From assembly GCA_030583725.1 (NCBI GenBank), contig CP129472.1:401701-465700 (forward strand): 64,000 nucleotides of DNA, given 5' to 3'. This document shows positions 38,653-48,569 of the stretch, one piece after another (positions within the stretch are counted from its first letter, which is position 1; every line of letters starts with the position of its first letter). The position numbers were made by a program, and so were the translations under genes. Below the pieces are notes generated by a model. That model was not told the DNA's origin and did not search any database. It was given only the letters and a program-made list of their open reading frames with translations. This stretch comes from a bacterium. Lineage in GTDB: Bacteria > Patescibacteriota > Microgenomatia > UBA8517.

Positions 38653-39929
38653 TTTGCATACCTTTCGTATTTGTTCATTAACATATCTCCCTCGATTTCT
38701 CTGATAATTTCTAGAACTACTGAAATAACAATTAAGACTCCCGTACCACCAATTGCTAAATTACTAACCCCAATTGTACCTTGAAACATAGATGGTAAAA
38801 CTGCAACCAAACCTAAAAACATTGCTCCAACCAAAGTTATTCTATTTAAGACAAAGGTTAGGTATTTGATAGTTGACGAACCCGGTCTAATTCCAGGTAT
38901 AAAACCTCCTGATTTTTGCAAATTTTCTGAAATTTTTTCTGGATTAAAAACAACTGAAGTATAAAAGTATGTAAAACCAACAACTAACAAAAAGTATATT
39001 AAGTTGTAAACAAAAGATTGTGGGTCAAAATATTTTTGGATATTTCCTGCAATCATCAAAATAGTTGGATTTGTAGATGCCCCCAAAAACTGGACGATCA
39101 TGGAAGGCATTAACACCAACGAAACAGCAAAAATTATTGGTATCACGCCAGCTTGATTTAACCTTAAAGGAAGATAGGAAGCAGTTTGTTTAAAACTAGA
39201 CACTGCCTTAGCATAGCTAATTGGTATTCTTCTTATTGCCTCGTTTACAAAAACGATAAGCCCCATAACCGTTAATGCAATTAACCCAAATATAATATAT
39301 TTTAATGTGTCTTCAGATCTAAAAGTAGATAAGGTTTGACCAACAACAACCGGCATTCTAGAAATAATACCCACAAAGATCAAAAATGATATACCGCTTT
39401 TAAACGCATACTCTGTGATAATGTCACCAAGCCATACTGCCAGCATCGTTCCTGCGGTCATTGTCAAACATAAAAAGATAAGTTGAAAAACATCTAAATT
39501 TCCAATAATTGATTGAGATTTTAATAAAGCATACATTCCAAAACTTTGCATAATGGCAAGTGGAACAGTCAACATTCTTGTATATTGATTTATTTTCTCT
39601 TGACCGTACTCTCCTTCTTTTTGCAGTTCTTCAAGTTGGGGTACGACGTAACCTAAAATTTGAAATATAATCGAAGCATTGATATATGGATTTAAACCAA
39701 GAGCCATAATTGAAAAGTTTGCTAAAGTACCCCCAGAAAAAACATCTAACAACGAAAGTAGTGGGCTTCCCGAAAACAGGATAGCTAGGCTTTCTCTATC
39801 AATACCCGCTGCGGGGATATGAGCTGCTATTCTAAAAACCAACAGTGCTAGGGCTGTAACTAATATTTTTTTTTGAAGTCTAGGGTTGGAAACTATTTTT
39901 TTAAAAAATTGGGCAATGTAGTCAATCAT
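38649..39929 (-). CDS. secY: preprotein translocase subunit SecY
   Basis: 10-TM SecY layout at the expected spc-operon position. Confidence 0.85.
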   Translation of the reverse strand: MIDYIAQFFKKIVSNPRLQKKILVTALALLVFRIAAHIPAAGIDRESLAILFSGSPLLSLLDVFSGGTLANFSIMALGLNPYINASIIFQILGYVVPQLEELQKEGEYGQEKINQYTRMLTVPLAIMQSFGMYALLKSQSIIGNLDVFQLIFLCLTMTAGTMLAVWLGDIITEYAFKSGISFLIFVGIISRMPVVVGQTLSTFRSEDTLKYIIFGLIALTVMGLIVFVNEAIRRIPISYAKAVSSFKQTASYLPLRLNQAGVIPIIFAVSLVLMPSMIVQFLGASTNPTILMIAGNIQKYFDPQSFVYNLIYFLLVVGFTYFYTSVVFNPEKISENLQKSGGFIPGIRPGSSTIKYLTFVLNRITLVGAMFLGLVAVLPSMFQGTIGVSNLAIGGTGVLIVISVVLEIIREIEGDMLMNKYERYAK

Positions 39930-39942
39930 TATTTGTTTAAAA

Positions 39943-40317
39943 CTATTTTATCTTAGAAACAGGAACTAATATCTCCAAATCTTTCTTAATTGGGTCTTGT
40001 CCTACTATTTTAACACCATATTTATAAGCCTTTGCTTTGTCAACCAATCCTTTTGCGATTAAGGTCTCTATTGTTACTTTCTCTTTACTCTTAAAGACTG
40101 ATAATTTATCTGCTTGAATTATTAAAGGTTTAGCCTTTGCCAAAAACTTACCACGCCCTCTTAATAATGGGAACTTCTTAAGCGTCGACTTCTTGACCTT
40201 TAATCCTTCAAACAATATATGTATATCGGTCCTTGATTTTTGTCCTTTTTGCCCACGGCTAGAAGTGTGTCCGCCCTTACCACTACCATACCCTCTTCCT
40301 AGTCTTTTAGTTGACAT
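39943..40317 (-). CDS. rplO: 50S ribosomal protein L15
   Basis: GRGYGSGKGGHTSSRGQKGQKSR block. Confidence 0.85.
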   Translation of the reverse strand: MSTKRLGRGYGSGKGGHTSSRGQKGQKSRTDIHILFEGLKVKKSTLKKFPLLRGRGKFLAKAKPLIIQADKLSVFKSKEKVTIETLIAKGLVDKAKAYKYGVKIVGQDPIKKDLEILVPVSKIK

Positions 40318-40341
40318 ATTTATTTACTTCGCAGAAGCAAG

Positions 40342-40839
40342 TTACTGCTTATTTTCTCCTTTCATATAATCTTTCTTTTCCATAAGTCTTGATGCTTTTG
40401 AAAGAGCTAGTATCGTTGCTCTAACATTTGATATTTTATTATTACTACCTAAAGTTTTACCAACAACATCGCGTAACCCAGCAGATTCTAAAACAGTTCT
40501 CATTGGTCCACCCGCAATAACACCAGAGCCGGGAGGTGCAGGTTTAAGTAAAACTTCAGATGCTCCAACCTTGGCATTGATGGAATATGGTATTGTTGTA
40601 CCCCTCATTGCAACCACTATCATATTTTTCTTGGCATCGTCTATAGCTTTTCTGATTGCGTTCCTAACATCTTTGGCCTTTGAGTTACCAACTCCAACCT
40701 TACCTTTTTTATCTCCCAAAACAACAACTGCTCCAAATCTTATCTGATTTCCACCTTTAGTTTTTTTAGAAATCCTATTTATTTGCACCACAGTTTCACT
40801 AAACTCTCTTTCTGGTTGTTGATAATTATTGTTTCTCAT
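40342..40839 (-). CDS. rpsE: 30S ribosomal protein S5
   Basis: S5 dsRBD and C-terminal domain blocks. Only 24 nt separate it from rplO, so no L30 gene is present. Confidence 0.85.
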   Translation of the reverse strand: MRNNNYQQPEREFSETVVQINRISKKTKGGNQIRFGAVVVLGDKKGKVGVGNSKAKDVRNAIRKAIDDAKKNMIVVAMRGTTIPYSINAKVGASEVLLKPAPPGSGVIAGGPMRTVLESAGLRDVVGKTLGSNNKISNVRATILALSKASRLMEKKDYMKGENKQ

Positions 40840-40856
40840 ATATTTAATTCTATAAT

Positions 40857-41198
40857 TTAAAACTCCAAACCACCCTCTCTTGCACCATCTGCAATGGCTT
40901 TAACTTTGCCGTGATACGAATAACCACCCTTGTCAAATACTACCTTTTTAATCTTTAATTTTATGGCTTTTTCAGCAATCATTTTACCAATTTCTTTAGC
41001 TTTACCTAAACCATCTTTTCCTAACTCTCCTAACTTTCCAAGTTTCTTTTCAGAAACAGAAACCAATGTGACTGATTTTTGATCATCAATTAACTGTGCA
41101 GATAGATACTTATTTGATTTGTGGACAGAAAGCCTAGGCCTGTCAACAACAGCCCTTACTTTAGATCTAGTTCTGATTTCTCTTTTGTTAAATGTCAT
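40857..41198 (-). CDS. rplR: 50S ribosomal protein L18
   Basis: L18 family, in order. Confidence 0.85.
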   Translation of the reverse strand: MTFNKREIRTRSKVRAVVDRPRLSVHKSNKYLSAQLIDDQKSVTLVSVSEKKLGKLGELGKDGLGKAKEIGKMIAEKAIKLKIKKVVFDKGGYSYHGKVKAIADGAREGGLEF

Positions 41199-41202
41199 AT
41201 AA

Positions 41203-41748
41203 TTACGCCGCAGCTTTAGCTGCTTTACCCGCCTTTCTTCTTATCACTTCACCGACATATTTGACCCCTTTACCCTTATATGGTTCAGGTGGTCTTGAAC
41301 TTCTGATAACTGCAGAGATTTGGCCAACAACCTGTTTATCAATTCCCTCAACGTTTATCACGCTCTTCTCAACCTTAAAGGTTATGTTGTCAGGTGCTTT
41401 AATTTTAACTGGGTGTGAATAACCGACAGTTAAAACCAATGTGTCACCTTGTACCTCCGAACGATATCCAGTTCCAACTAATTCCAGTTGTTTTTTCCAA
41501 CCTTCTGTCACACCCACAATGTTATTTGCAAGAAGCATTCTGATTGTCCCCCAGACGGAACGTCCAATCTTGCTCTCCTTTTTAAGAGAAACCACCAGTT
41601 TTTGATCTTCAACTTTTATCTCAATCAAACGTTTGTCATATGAAACTTCCAATGCACCCTTGGGCCCAGTTATTTTAACTGAACCCTCCGAAACATCAAC
41701 GGTTACCCCTACTGGTATTGTTATTGGTAGTTGTCCTATTTTACTCAT
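41203..41748 (-). CDS. rplF: 50S ribosomal protein L6
   Basis: Two-domain L6 layout. Confidence 0.85.
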   Translation of the reverse strand: MSKIGQLPITIPVGVTVDVSEGSVKITGPKGALEVSYDKRLIEIKVEDQKLVVSLKKESKIGRSVWGTIRMLLANNIVGVTEGWKKQLELVGTGYRSEVQGDTLVLTVGYSHPVKIKAPDNITFKVEKSVINVEGIDKQVVGQISAVIRSSRPPEPYKGKGVKYVGEVIRRKAGKAAKAAA

Positions 41749-41797
41749 ATTTTTTATAGTTTACGTAGCAAAATGCTACAAGATTTTCATAAACTTT

Positions 41798-42193
41798 CTA
41801 TATTACTTTTGCTATTACCTCTCCCCCAACTCTTTGTTTTATTGCCGTCTTATGTGACATAACTCCCTTAGGTGTACTTATAATAAACATCTCAGGTGTT
41901 TTAATTGACTCCAGCTCGTCAACGTTTTTATATATTCTAAGTCCAGGTCTTGATATTATTTTTACATTTGACAGAACCGGTTTTTTTCTAAAAATAGATA
42001 ACGTAACAGTAATAACTCCTTGTTTTTCAGTAACTGTATCCAAAAAACCTTCTTTTTTAAGAGTTTTGGCAACCGCAGAAATTACCTTGGTTTTCGCAAC
42101 TTCAACCACTTTAAGATTTGCCATTGATGCGTTCTTAAGTCGTATTAAAAAATCTGCTATTTGATAGTTCGTCATATATTTATTTTTTACCAA
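41798..42193 (-). CDS. rpsH: 30S ribosomal protein S8
   Basis: S8 family, in order. Confidence 0.85.
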   Translation of the reverse strand: MVKNKYMTNYQIADFLIRLKNASMANLKVVEVAKTKVISAVAKTLKKEGFLDTVTEKQGVITVTLSIFRKKPVLSNVKIISRPGLRIYKNVDELESIKTPEMFIISTPKGVMSHKTAIKQRVGGEVIAKVI

Positions 42194-42372
42194 CTTGCCT
42201 TTCTAACTCCAGGAATTTCACCTTTTAAGGCGTGTTCCCTGAAACATAATCTACAAAGACCATATTTTCTCATATATCCCCTTGGTCTTCCACAAAGTTT
42301 ACATCTGTTTCTATATTGTGTCTTATGTTTTAATTTTTTTGTTTCTCTTGCTATTTTTGATGTTTTTGCCAT
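42187..42372 (-). CDS. rpsZ: 30S ribosomal protein S14 type Z (zinc-binding)
   Basis: 61 aa with [10 protein letters not shown]...CRLCFRE. Confidence 0.85.
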   Translation of the reverse strand: MAKTSKIARETKKLKHKTQYRNRCKLCGRPRGYMRKYGLCRLCFREHALKGEIPGVRKASW

Positions 42373-42402
42373 ATTTTATTTACTTTTAGTTATTATTATT
42401 TT

Positions 42403-42969
42403 TTATTTTACAAACGGCATACCCATTAATTCTAGTAATTTCATACCTTTTTCGACAGAACCAGCCTTCGTTACAAATGTAATTTCCATTCCATGTGCTG
42501 GTGCAGCTTTAGCAATATCTATTTCTGGAAAAACAGTATGATCTGTCAAACCTAATGTGTAATTACCTTCTCTATCAAAACTTGTTCGTTTAACGCCCCT
42601 AAAGTCTCTTAAACGAGGGAGTACAATGTTAACAAATTTATCAAAAAAATCATACATTCTCTTTCCTCTTAAAGTTGCAGAAAGTCCAACTACCATCCCC
42701 TCTCTGACTGCGAATGCTGAAACAGATATTTTTGCTTTCCTTTCTGAAAACTTCTGGCCAGCGATTAACGAAAAATCATTGACCAATTTTTCCTTAACAT
42801 CCTTATTTTTTAGCACATCACCTATACCAACATTTAAGTTTATTCTTTTTAAACTTGGTATTGCCATAACATTATCAATTTTAAATTCTTCCTTAAGTAC
42901 TGGCATTACCTCCTTTTTATATATTGCTAGTAATCTAGTATTTTTTGTTATTAAGTCGTTTTTTTTCAT
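42403..42969 (-). CDS. rplE: 50S ribosomal protein L5
   Basis: L5 family, in order. Confidence 0.85.
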   Translation of the reverse strand: MKKNDLITKNTRLLAIYKKEVMPVLKEEFKIDNVMAIPSLKRINLNVGIGDVLKNKDVKEKLVNDFSLIAGQKFSERKAKISVSAFAVREGMVVGLSATLRGKRMYDFFDKFVNIVLPRLRDFRGVKRTSFDREGNYTLGLTDHTVFPEIDIAKAAPAHGMEITFVTKAGSVEKGMKLLELMGMPFVK

Positions 42970-42983
42970 ATTTGTTTACCAGT

Positions 42984-43292
42984 TTACTGGCCAAGATTCT
43001 TATTACATTTGACACAAATTCTGACCTTTGTTGATTTTTCAATTTTAAACGTAACTCTAGTTTGTTTTTTACAACTAGGGCAAATAATTGCAACTTTTGC
43101 AGTGTTTACAGGTCTTGGTAAGTCATAAATACCACCCTTTTGACCCTGAAAACCCTTAACATGTTTTTTATACATATTAATTTCAGGAACAACTACAGCA
43201 TTTATTTTGGGTAAAACTGCCTCAATTTTACCCTCACGACCCTTGTCTTTTCCTGCTGTTATTTTAACTGTATCTCCTTTTTTAAACTTCAT
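42984..43292 (-). CDS. rplX: 50S ribosomal protein L24
   Basis: KOW motif (MKFKKGDTVKITAGKDKGREGKI). Confidence 0.85.
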   Translation of the reverse strand: MKFKKGDTVKITAGKDKGREGKIEAVLPKINAVVVPEINMYKKHVKGFQGQKGGIYDLPRPVNTAKVAIICPSCKKQTRVTFKIEKSTKVRICVKCNKNLGQ

Positions 43293-43307
43293 AATTTTAA
43301 TTTCTCC

Positions 43308-43673
43308 TTAAACTACCTCTCTTGAGAGAGATGCAATTTTATTAAATCCTGCTTCTTTAACTTCTCTTGCTATTGGACCCAAAACTCTTGTTCCTAGTGG
43401 CAAGCCCTGTTTGTCTATGACCACTCCAGCATTGTCATCAAATCTTACATATGTACCGTCAAATCTCTTAACTTCTTTTCTGGTTCTGACTATCAAGACT
43501 TTAACTTTTTCGTGATCTTTTACCGCTCCATTTGGGTCAGCACCTTTAACAACACATAAGACGACTTGACCTAGACTGGCAATTTTTCCTATCCTTCCGG
43601 GAACACCAATAACCATCAATTTCTTGGCGCCTGAGTTGTCGGCTGGTACTAAATATGACCTTAGTTGAACCAT
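43308..43673 (-). CDS. rplN: 50S ribosomal protein L14
   Basis: L14 family. Confidence 0.85.
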   Translation of the reverse strand: MVQLRSYLVPADNSGAKKLMVIGVPGRIGKIASLGQVVLCVVKGADPNGAVKDHEKVKVLIVRTRKEVKRFDGTYVRFDDNAGVVIDKQGLPLGTRVLGPIAREVKEAGFNKIASLSREVV

Positions 43674-43674
43674 A

Positions 43675-43896
43675 TTATTTTACAAGCTCCTTCCATCTTT
43701 TTGATTTACTAACTGGTGGGCATTCAACAAATTTAATAACCTCACCAAGTGTATGTTCCTTTTCGCTATGTACCTGATATTTCTTACTTCGTTTAAATCT
43801 CTTTTTATACAATGGATGGGCCAAAAATCTTTCCACCTCAACCGTTAAGGTCTTTGCCATTTTGTTTGAAACTATTTTTCCTTGATATATTTTCAT
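43675..43896 (-). CDS. rpsQ: 30S ribosomal protein S17
   Basis: S17 OB-fold. Confidence 0.85.
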   Translation of the reverse strand: MKIYQGKIVSNKMAKTLTVEVERFLAHPLYKKRFKRSKKYQVHSEKEHTLGEVIKFVECPPVSKSKRWKELVK

Positions 43897-43898
43897 AA

Positions 43899-44093
43899 TT
43901 ATTTAATTACCTTTAATATTGACATAATTTGGGCAATTTCTTTTCTTATCTTCCACCCTGCTTTTAAGTTTTTATTGTCTCCACCAGCTATTTTAACTTT
44001 ATTTTTCATTAGTTCAAGCTTTTTCTTAGAAACAAGATTTTTTAATTCGTCTTGTGTTTTTGTTTTAATGTCGTTTAATTCCTTTTTCTTCAT
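43899..44093 (-). CDS. rpmC: 50S ribosomal protein L29
   Basis: 64 aa helical L29. Confidence 0.8.
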   Translation of the reverse strand: MKKKELNDIKTKTQDELKNLVSKKKLELMKNKVKIAGGDNKNLKAGWKIRKEIAQIMSILKVIK

Positions 44094-44098
44094 ATTAT

Positions 44099-44506
44099 TT
44101 AATCTTTAATTACCATTTTTGTAGCAACAGGTAATTTTGCACCCGCTCTTATAAATGCTTCTTTTACTAACTTTTCAGGTGCTCCTGCAACTTCAAACAT
44201 AATCCTGCCTGGTTTAACAACTGCTACATGTTTCTCAACCTCACCTTTACCCCCACCCATTCTTTTACCGGCTGCCCTACCTGATATTGGTTTGTCAGGA
44301 AAAATTCTAATCCAAACTTTTCCTCCTCTTTTAAGGTGATGGGTTATTGCCTTTCTTGCAGCTTCTATTTGTGCTGCAGAAATCCAAGCAACTTCAAGTG
44401 ATTTTAAACCAAAATCTCCGAACGATATATCGCTACCTCGAAGGGCCATACCCCTTCTTCTACCTCTAAAACTTTTTGTAAATTTTTCTCTTCTAGGTTG
44501 TAACAT
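44099..44506 (-). CDS. rplP: 50S ribosomal protein L16
   Basis: L16/L10e family. Confidence 0.85.
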   Translation of the reverse strand: MLQPRREKFTKSFRGRRRGMALRGSDISFGDFGLKSLEVAWISAAQIEAARKAITHHLKRGGKVWIRIFPDKPISGRAAGKRMGGGKGEVEKHVAVVKPGRIMFEVAGAPEKLVKEAFIRAGAKLPVATKMVIKD

Positions 44507-44558
44507 TATTTTTTATTTGAACAAACTTTTATTTACCCCTTAAGGAGTAATTTTTTGA

Positions 44559-45194
44559 TTATTCCTGTTCCTTTCTATGTATCCAAACTTTGACACCTAC
44601 ATATCCTCTTCTCGTTAGGGCTGGTTTTTCAGCATAATCTATATCTTCTCTTAATGTTTGAGTTGGGACCGACCCTTGGTGGAATTTTTCAACTCTGGAA
44701 ATTTCTGCACCATTGATACGACCACCTAAAACTATTTTTATTCCACCTGCACCAGCTGCCATAACCCTATCCATTGCCTTAGTAACAGACCTTCTGTGTG
44801 GAATTCTTTTTTCTAAGTCCATAACAATTCTTTCCATTACCAAATGTGCAGAAAGTTCGTGGTTTTTAACTTCGTTAACTTTTAAATCAATCTTTTGTTG
44901 CTTATTATTAATAATTGAAACTATAAACTTTTTCAAATCTTCGATTCCAGATCCACCTCTACCTATAACTACTCCCGGTCTTGAAACTGTAACTATTACT
45001 GACATACTTTTTGGTTGTCTCTCAATTTCAACGCCGGTAACTCCTGCAATTGATAATTTTTTCATCAATTCCTTTCTGATTTTAATATCCTCAAGTAATA
45101 GGTCTTTGTAAACACCACTGTCTGAAAACCATCTAGACTTCCAGCCTATTGTTCTACCTACTCTAAAACCAATTGGATTAATTTTTTGTCCCAT
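44559..45194 (-). CDS. rpsC: 30S ribosomal protein S3
   Basis: KH domain and S3 C-terminal domain. Confidence 0.85.
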   Translation of the reverse strand: MGQKINPIGFRVGRTIGWKSRWFSDSGVYKDLLLEDIKIRKELMKKLSIAGVTGVEIERQPKSMSVIVTVSRPGVVIGRGGSGIEDLKKFIVSIINNKQQKIDLKVNEVKNHELSAHLVMERIVMDLEKRIPHRRSVTKAMDRVMAAGAGGIKIVLGGRINGAEISRVEKFHQGSVPTQTLREDIDYAEKPALTRRGYVGVKVWIHRKEQE

Positions 45195-45196
45195 TT

Positions 45197-45634
45197 TTAT
45201 TTTTTATTCTCTTTCTTAACTGTTTTTTTAAGCATACTTGATCTTTTTCCCTCAATCTTGTTAGATTCTTTTTTGACTACTTTCTTTTTGATAACCTCGG
45301 CAACTTTCTTGGTTACTAAAATAACCTTGATATGGCTCATTCTTTTCTTTATAGGATGCCACCTACCCCTTGAAACAGGTTGGCCTCTTTTAAGCCTTGG
45401 TCCCTCTCCTATCTGAATTTCTTTAAAAATCAAACTATTAACATCTGCACCTTTTTGGCTGGCATTAGCCACAGCTGACTTTATAACTTTGTATAAATAC
45501 TCAGATGCTCTTTTTTTGATAAAAGGTAAATTTTCAAGTGCCTTTAAAGGTGTCATCTTTTTAATGACGTCAACAACTGGCCTCACCTTTCTTGGGCTTA
45601 TAATTAAATGTTTTTGTTCAGATTTATATTCCAT
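45197..45634 (-). CDS. rplV: 50S ribosomal protein L22 with Lys-rich C-terminal extension
   Basis: L22 core MEYKSEQKHLIISPRKVRPVVDVI...GEGPRLKRGQPVSRGRWHPIKKRMSHI followed by a roughly 45-aa K-rich tail. The ORF-track extension to 45772 overlaps rpsS and is spurious. Confidence 0.8.
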   Translation of the reverse strand: MEYKSEQKHLIISPRKVRPVVDVIKKMTPLKALENLPFIKKRASEYLYKVIKSAVANASQKGADVNSLIFKEIQIGEGPRLKRGQPVSRGRWHPIKKRMSHIKVILVTKKVAEVIKKKVVKKESNKIEGKRSSMLKKTVKKENKK

Positions 45635-45644
45635 ATAATTCTCC

Positions 45645-45926
45645 TTAAGTTTTGTCCATTGTACGTTTGACAATTTCTCCGTGCCCTTTAAATGTTCTAG
45701 TTGGTGAAAATTCTCCCAACGTGTGCCCAACCATATCCTCACTAACAAAAACCTCAATAAAAACTTTGCCATTGTGAACTTGGAAATACTTATTTACAAA
45801 TTCAGGTGGTATCTGACAAGCTCTGGACCAAGTTTTAATTGGATTTTCTTTCAAGCCCAAACCTTTCTCAAGCTTTTTAACAAGCTTTAAGTCTATGTAT
45901 GGTCCTTTTTTTGTACTTCTTGACAT
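45645..45926 (-). CDS. rpsS: 30S ribosomal protein S19
   Basis: [19 protein letters not shown]-terminus. Confidence 0.85.
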   Translation of the reverse strand: MSRSTKKGPYIDLKLVKKLEKGLGLKENPIKTWSRACQIPPEFVNKYFQVHNGKVFIEVFVSEDMVGHTLGEFSPTRTFKGHGEIVKRTMDKT

Positions 45927-45930
45927 ATAA

Positions 45931-46689
45931 TTATTTCGTTAATCCTCTCACTCCTCTTTTTCTTCCTTCAACTATTAAGTTGTTAGAATATTTCTTTTTA
46001 TTTCTAGTTTTTCCAACTGCTTTTTTACCCCAAGGTGTTTTTGGATACTTAAGACCTATTCCACTTCTGCCCTCACCACCACCATGTGGATGAGCGTTAG
46101 GATGCATGGCGACACCTCTTACGGTTGGCCTAATACCTCTCCATCTTGATGCACCTGCTTTACCTAATTTTTTATTCTTATGATCAACATTACCTACTTG
46201 GCCAATAGTTGCTCTACAAAGTGGGTCAAATCTTCTAATTTCAGTTGATGGCATTTTGATTAAAACACTTGTTTCATCTTTACCAAAAACAAAGGCTGCA
46301 ATACCTGCACCTCTTGCAATTTGTCCACCCTTTCCCGGTCTTATTTCAATATTGTATACTGAAGTCCCAACTGGAATTTTTGACAACGGTAAACAATTAC
46401 CAGTTTCTAATGGTGCATCATCTGATGCAATTACTTTCATTCCTTCAACTAGACCAACGGGTGCTATTATATATGATCTCGTACCGTCTTGATAGACTAG
46501 CCTTGCAATATCTGCATTCCTATTTGGATCATATTCAATTGCCTCAACTTTAGCCCACATATCTACTTTGACTCTTTTAAAGTCAATCATACGTAAAAAC
46601 CTTTTTGCCCTACCACCTTGGTGACGGACAGTAATTTTACCCTTACTTCTTCCTGAATTTTTCTTTAATAATATTTTTAGTTTTGCCAT
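45931..46689 (-). CDS. rplB: 50S ribosomal protein L2
   Basis: L2 N- and C-terminal domains (GRNxxGRIT-like, HPHGGGEG). Confidence 0.85.
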   Translation of the reverse strand: MAKLKILLKKNSGRSKGKITVRHQGGRAKRFLRMIDFKRVKVDMWAKVEAIEYDPNRNADIARLVYQDGTRSYIIAPVGLVEGMKVIASDDAPLETGNCLPLSKIPVGTSVYNIEIRPGKGGQIARGAGIAAFVFGKDETSVLIKMPSTEIRRFDPLCRATIGQVGNVDHKNKKLGKAGASRWRGIRPTVRGVAMHPNAHPHGGGEGRSGIGLKYPKTPWGKKAVGKTRNKKKYSNNLIVEGRKRGVRGLTK

Positions 46690-46734
46690 ATTTTTTATAA
46701 TTTTAGTTGCATTTTAAACAACAAGCTCTTTTTT

Positions 46735-47019
46735 TTATTTTTTCTTTTCTGTAAATAAATCAATTTTTCCAGATTTTAAAGTAATCAATACCTTCTTCTT
46801 TGCTTGTATCGTTTTAACTATTCCTCTCATTGTTTTCGATTTCATCTTTTTGTAATTTTGAGTTTTGATAGCATTGATTTTAATATCAAATGCTTTTTCT
46901 AAAATTACCTTTATCTGATTTTTAGAAAACTTTGGTAAAAACCAAAAGGAATACAGACCGTTTTTGGCTTGGTTTAGACTTTTTTCTGTATATATTGGTT
47001 TTATATTCATAATGTTCAT
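46735..47019 (-). CDS. rplW: 50S ribosomal protein L23
   Basis: L23 family. The start lies inside a 17-bp tandem repeat. Confidence 0.8.
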   Translation of the reverse strand: MNIMNIKPIYTEKSLNQAKNGLYSFWFLPKFSKNQIKVILEKAFDIKINAIKTQNYKKMKSKTMRGIVKTIQAKKKVLITLKSGKIDLFTEKKK

Positions 47020-47047
47020 ATATTCATAATGTTCATATATTCATAAT
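46999..47047. repeat. 17-bp tandem repeat (about 2.7 copies) at the rplD/rplW junction
   Basis: TATTCATAATGTTCATA occurs at 47004-47020 and 47021-47037, with a partial third copy. On the minus strand it contributes the MNIMNI start of L23. Confidence 0.6.
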
Positions 47048-47670
47048 TATTTTTTGGACTTCTCTTTTTCAAAACACTGACTATCAAAAATAATTAATTG
47101 AGACGTTAATACTTTAAAAGCATTTAATGAACTAAATTGAACCACCTCTAAATCTTTAATATTTTTTAAAAATCTAGAAAAAGATTGATTTTCTTTAGAA
47201 ATCACAAATACCACCTTTGACTTGACTGAAAAGTCTTTTTTAATTTTATCAACCATTTCACTAACTCCATTTGTTTTTAAAAACTTGTTTACTCCATTTA
47301 CTACAACAAAATCTCCAGCCTTAAAACGTTTAGAAAGAGCCATTGTTAAAGCTAGCTTTTTCATTTTTTCAGAAAGTTTTAATTGCCTTTTAACTCCCTT
47401 CGGTCCATGAGCAACGCCTCCTCCAACAAAAATGTGTGCTGATTTTGCACCATGTCTTGCTCCACCTGTACCTTTTTGCTTGTACAACTTTTTCCTTGTT
47501 GCGTTAATCTCAGACCTTGTTTTAACACGAGAAAGACCAAAATGAGTTCCATCCTCATAGACTCTAATGGCCTGTTTAAGTAAGCTTTCAGTTACCTCAA
47601 CTCCATAGATCTTTGGTAATACCAATTCTTTAGTATCCTTACCTTTTAATGTATATGTCTTTATTTTCAT
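47047..47670 (-). CDS. rplD: 50S ribosomal protein L4
   Basis: L4 family. Confidence 0.85.
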   Translation of the reverse strand: MKIKTYTLKGKDTKELVLPKIYGVEVTESLLKQAIRVYEDGTHFGLSRVKTRSEINATRKKLYKQKGTGGARHGAKSAHIFVGGGVAHGPKGVKRQLKLSEKMKKLALTMALSKRFKAGDFVVVNGVNKFLKTNGVSEMVDKIKKDFSVKSKVVFVISKENQSFSRFLKNIKDLEVVQFSSLNAFKVLTSQLIIFDSQCFEKEKSKK

Positions 47671-47671
47671 A

Positions 47672-48421
47672 TTAGTTCTTTGCCTCTTCTAAAACTGTTG
47701 CCGCTTCTGGGGCAGTTTCTGTCTTAGATTCTTCACCAGCAGGGCTTTCACCCTCAACAACTGTGGCTACTGCGTGATGTTCAAAATCTAAAGATCCAGA
47801 TTTTATCTTATTAACTGTCAAGAAAATTCCAACTCTTCCAGGAATTGGGCTTGAAAGTAATAGTTGATTGTTTTCTGCATCTATATCAACAACACGAGCA
47901 TTTTTAAATGTAACCTGAACTCCACCCATTCTACCCGCCATTCTCTTGCCTTTATAGACTCTACCTGGAGTTGTGGTCTGTCCTATTGATCCAGGAGCTC
48001 TGTGGCGATCACTTTGTCCGTGAGTCTTTGGCCCACCTCTAAAGTTATATCTTCTAACTCCACCAGCAAAACCTTTTCCTTTATTAACAGCAGTTACTGA
48101 AACAGTATCACCCTTTTTAAAGATATCAGAAACATTAATGATATCACCAACTTTGTAATTTGGTTCTGATGTCATTCTTACTTCTCTTACATATCTTGGA
48201 AAGTTTTTTTCTTTTGATTTGAGGTGGCCTTGAAGTGGTTTAGAAGTGTTTTTTGCTTTTCTGTTTCCGAATCCGAGTTGAATTGCCCAATAGCCATCAT
48301 TCTTTTCATTTTTAATTTGGGTAACTACACATGGGCCAAGTGTTACTTTTGTCACGGGAACTCTAGACCCGTCTATAAAAGTCTGTGTCATCTGTCCTTT
48401 TGTACCAAATAATGTTTTCAT
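47672..48421 (-). CDS. rplC: 50S ribosomal protein L3
   Basis: L3 family. It is not preceded by rpsJ here. Confidence 0.85.
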   Translation of the reverse strand: MKTLFGTKGQMTQTFIDGSRVPVTKVTLGPCVVTQIKNEKNDGYWAIQLGFGNRKAKNTSKPLQGHLKSKEKNFPRYVREVRMTSEPNYKVGDIINVSDIFKKGDTVSVTAVNKGKGFAGGVRRYNFRGGPKTHGQSDRHRAPGSIGQTTTPGRVYKGKRMAGRMGGVQVTFKNARVVDIDAENNQLLLSSPIPGRVGIFLTVNKIKSGSLDFEHHAVATVVEGESPAGEESKTETAPEAATVLEEAKN

Positions 48422-48437
48422 TTGCCGCGTGTCGTGT

Positions 48438-48472
48438 TTTAGAAAAAAATAAAAGCGCCGTAAAAGCGCTTA
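48438..48472 (-). terminator. terminator-like hairpin plus U-run in the rplC leader (candidate attenuator)
   Basis: The minus-strand RNA folds as AAGCGC-uuuuacg-GCGCUU followed by UUAUUUUUUUC. It lies between the promoter at 48539-48567 and the rplC ATG at 48421. Confidence 0.4.
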
Positions 48473-48524
48473 TCCTGCTTTTAGCATTCTTTCTTGAGGC
48501 TATCTTGTTAAATACACCTCCATA

Positions 48525-48569
48525 ATTTCTATTGGTGAATTATATCAAACTATATGACTTGTATCAAGC
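48525..48569 (-). promoter_or_regulatory. 45-bp repeated element copy 1, a near-consensus sigma70 promoter (TTGATA-N17-TATAAT) pointing at rplC
   Basis: Minus-strand reading gives -35 TTGATA (48567-48562), an exact 17-nt spacer and -10 TATAAT (48544-48539). About 110 nt upstream of rplC. Confidence 0.5.

Noticed and set aside
45635-45772. N-terminal extension of rplV overlapping rpsS
   Set aside because: The L22 homology starts at the Met at 45634. The extension is the alternate frame of the rpsS 3' end.
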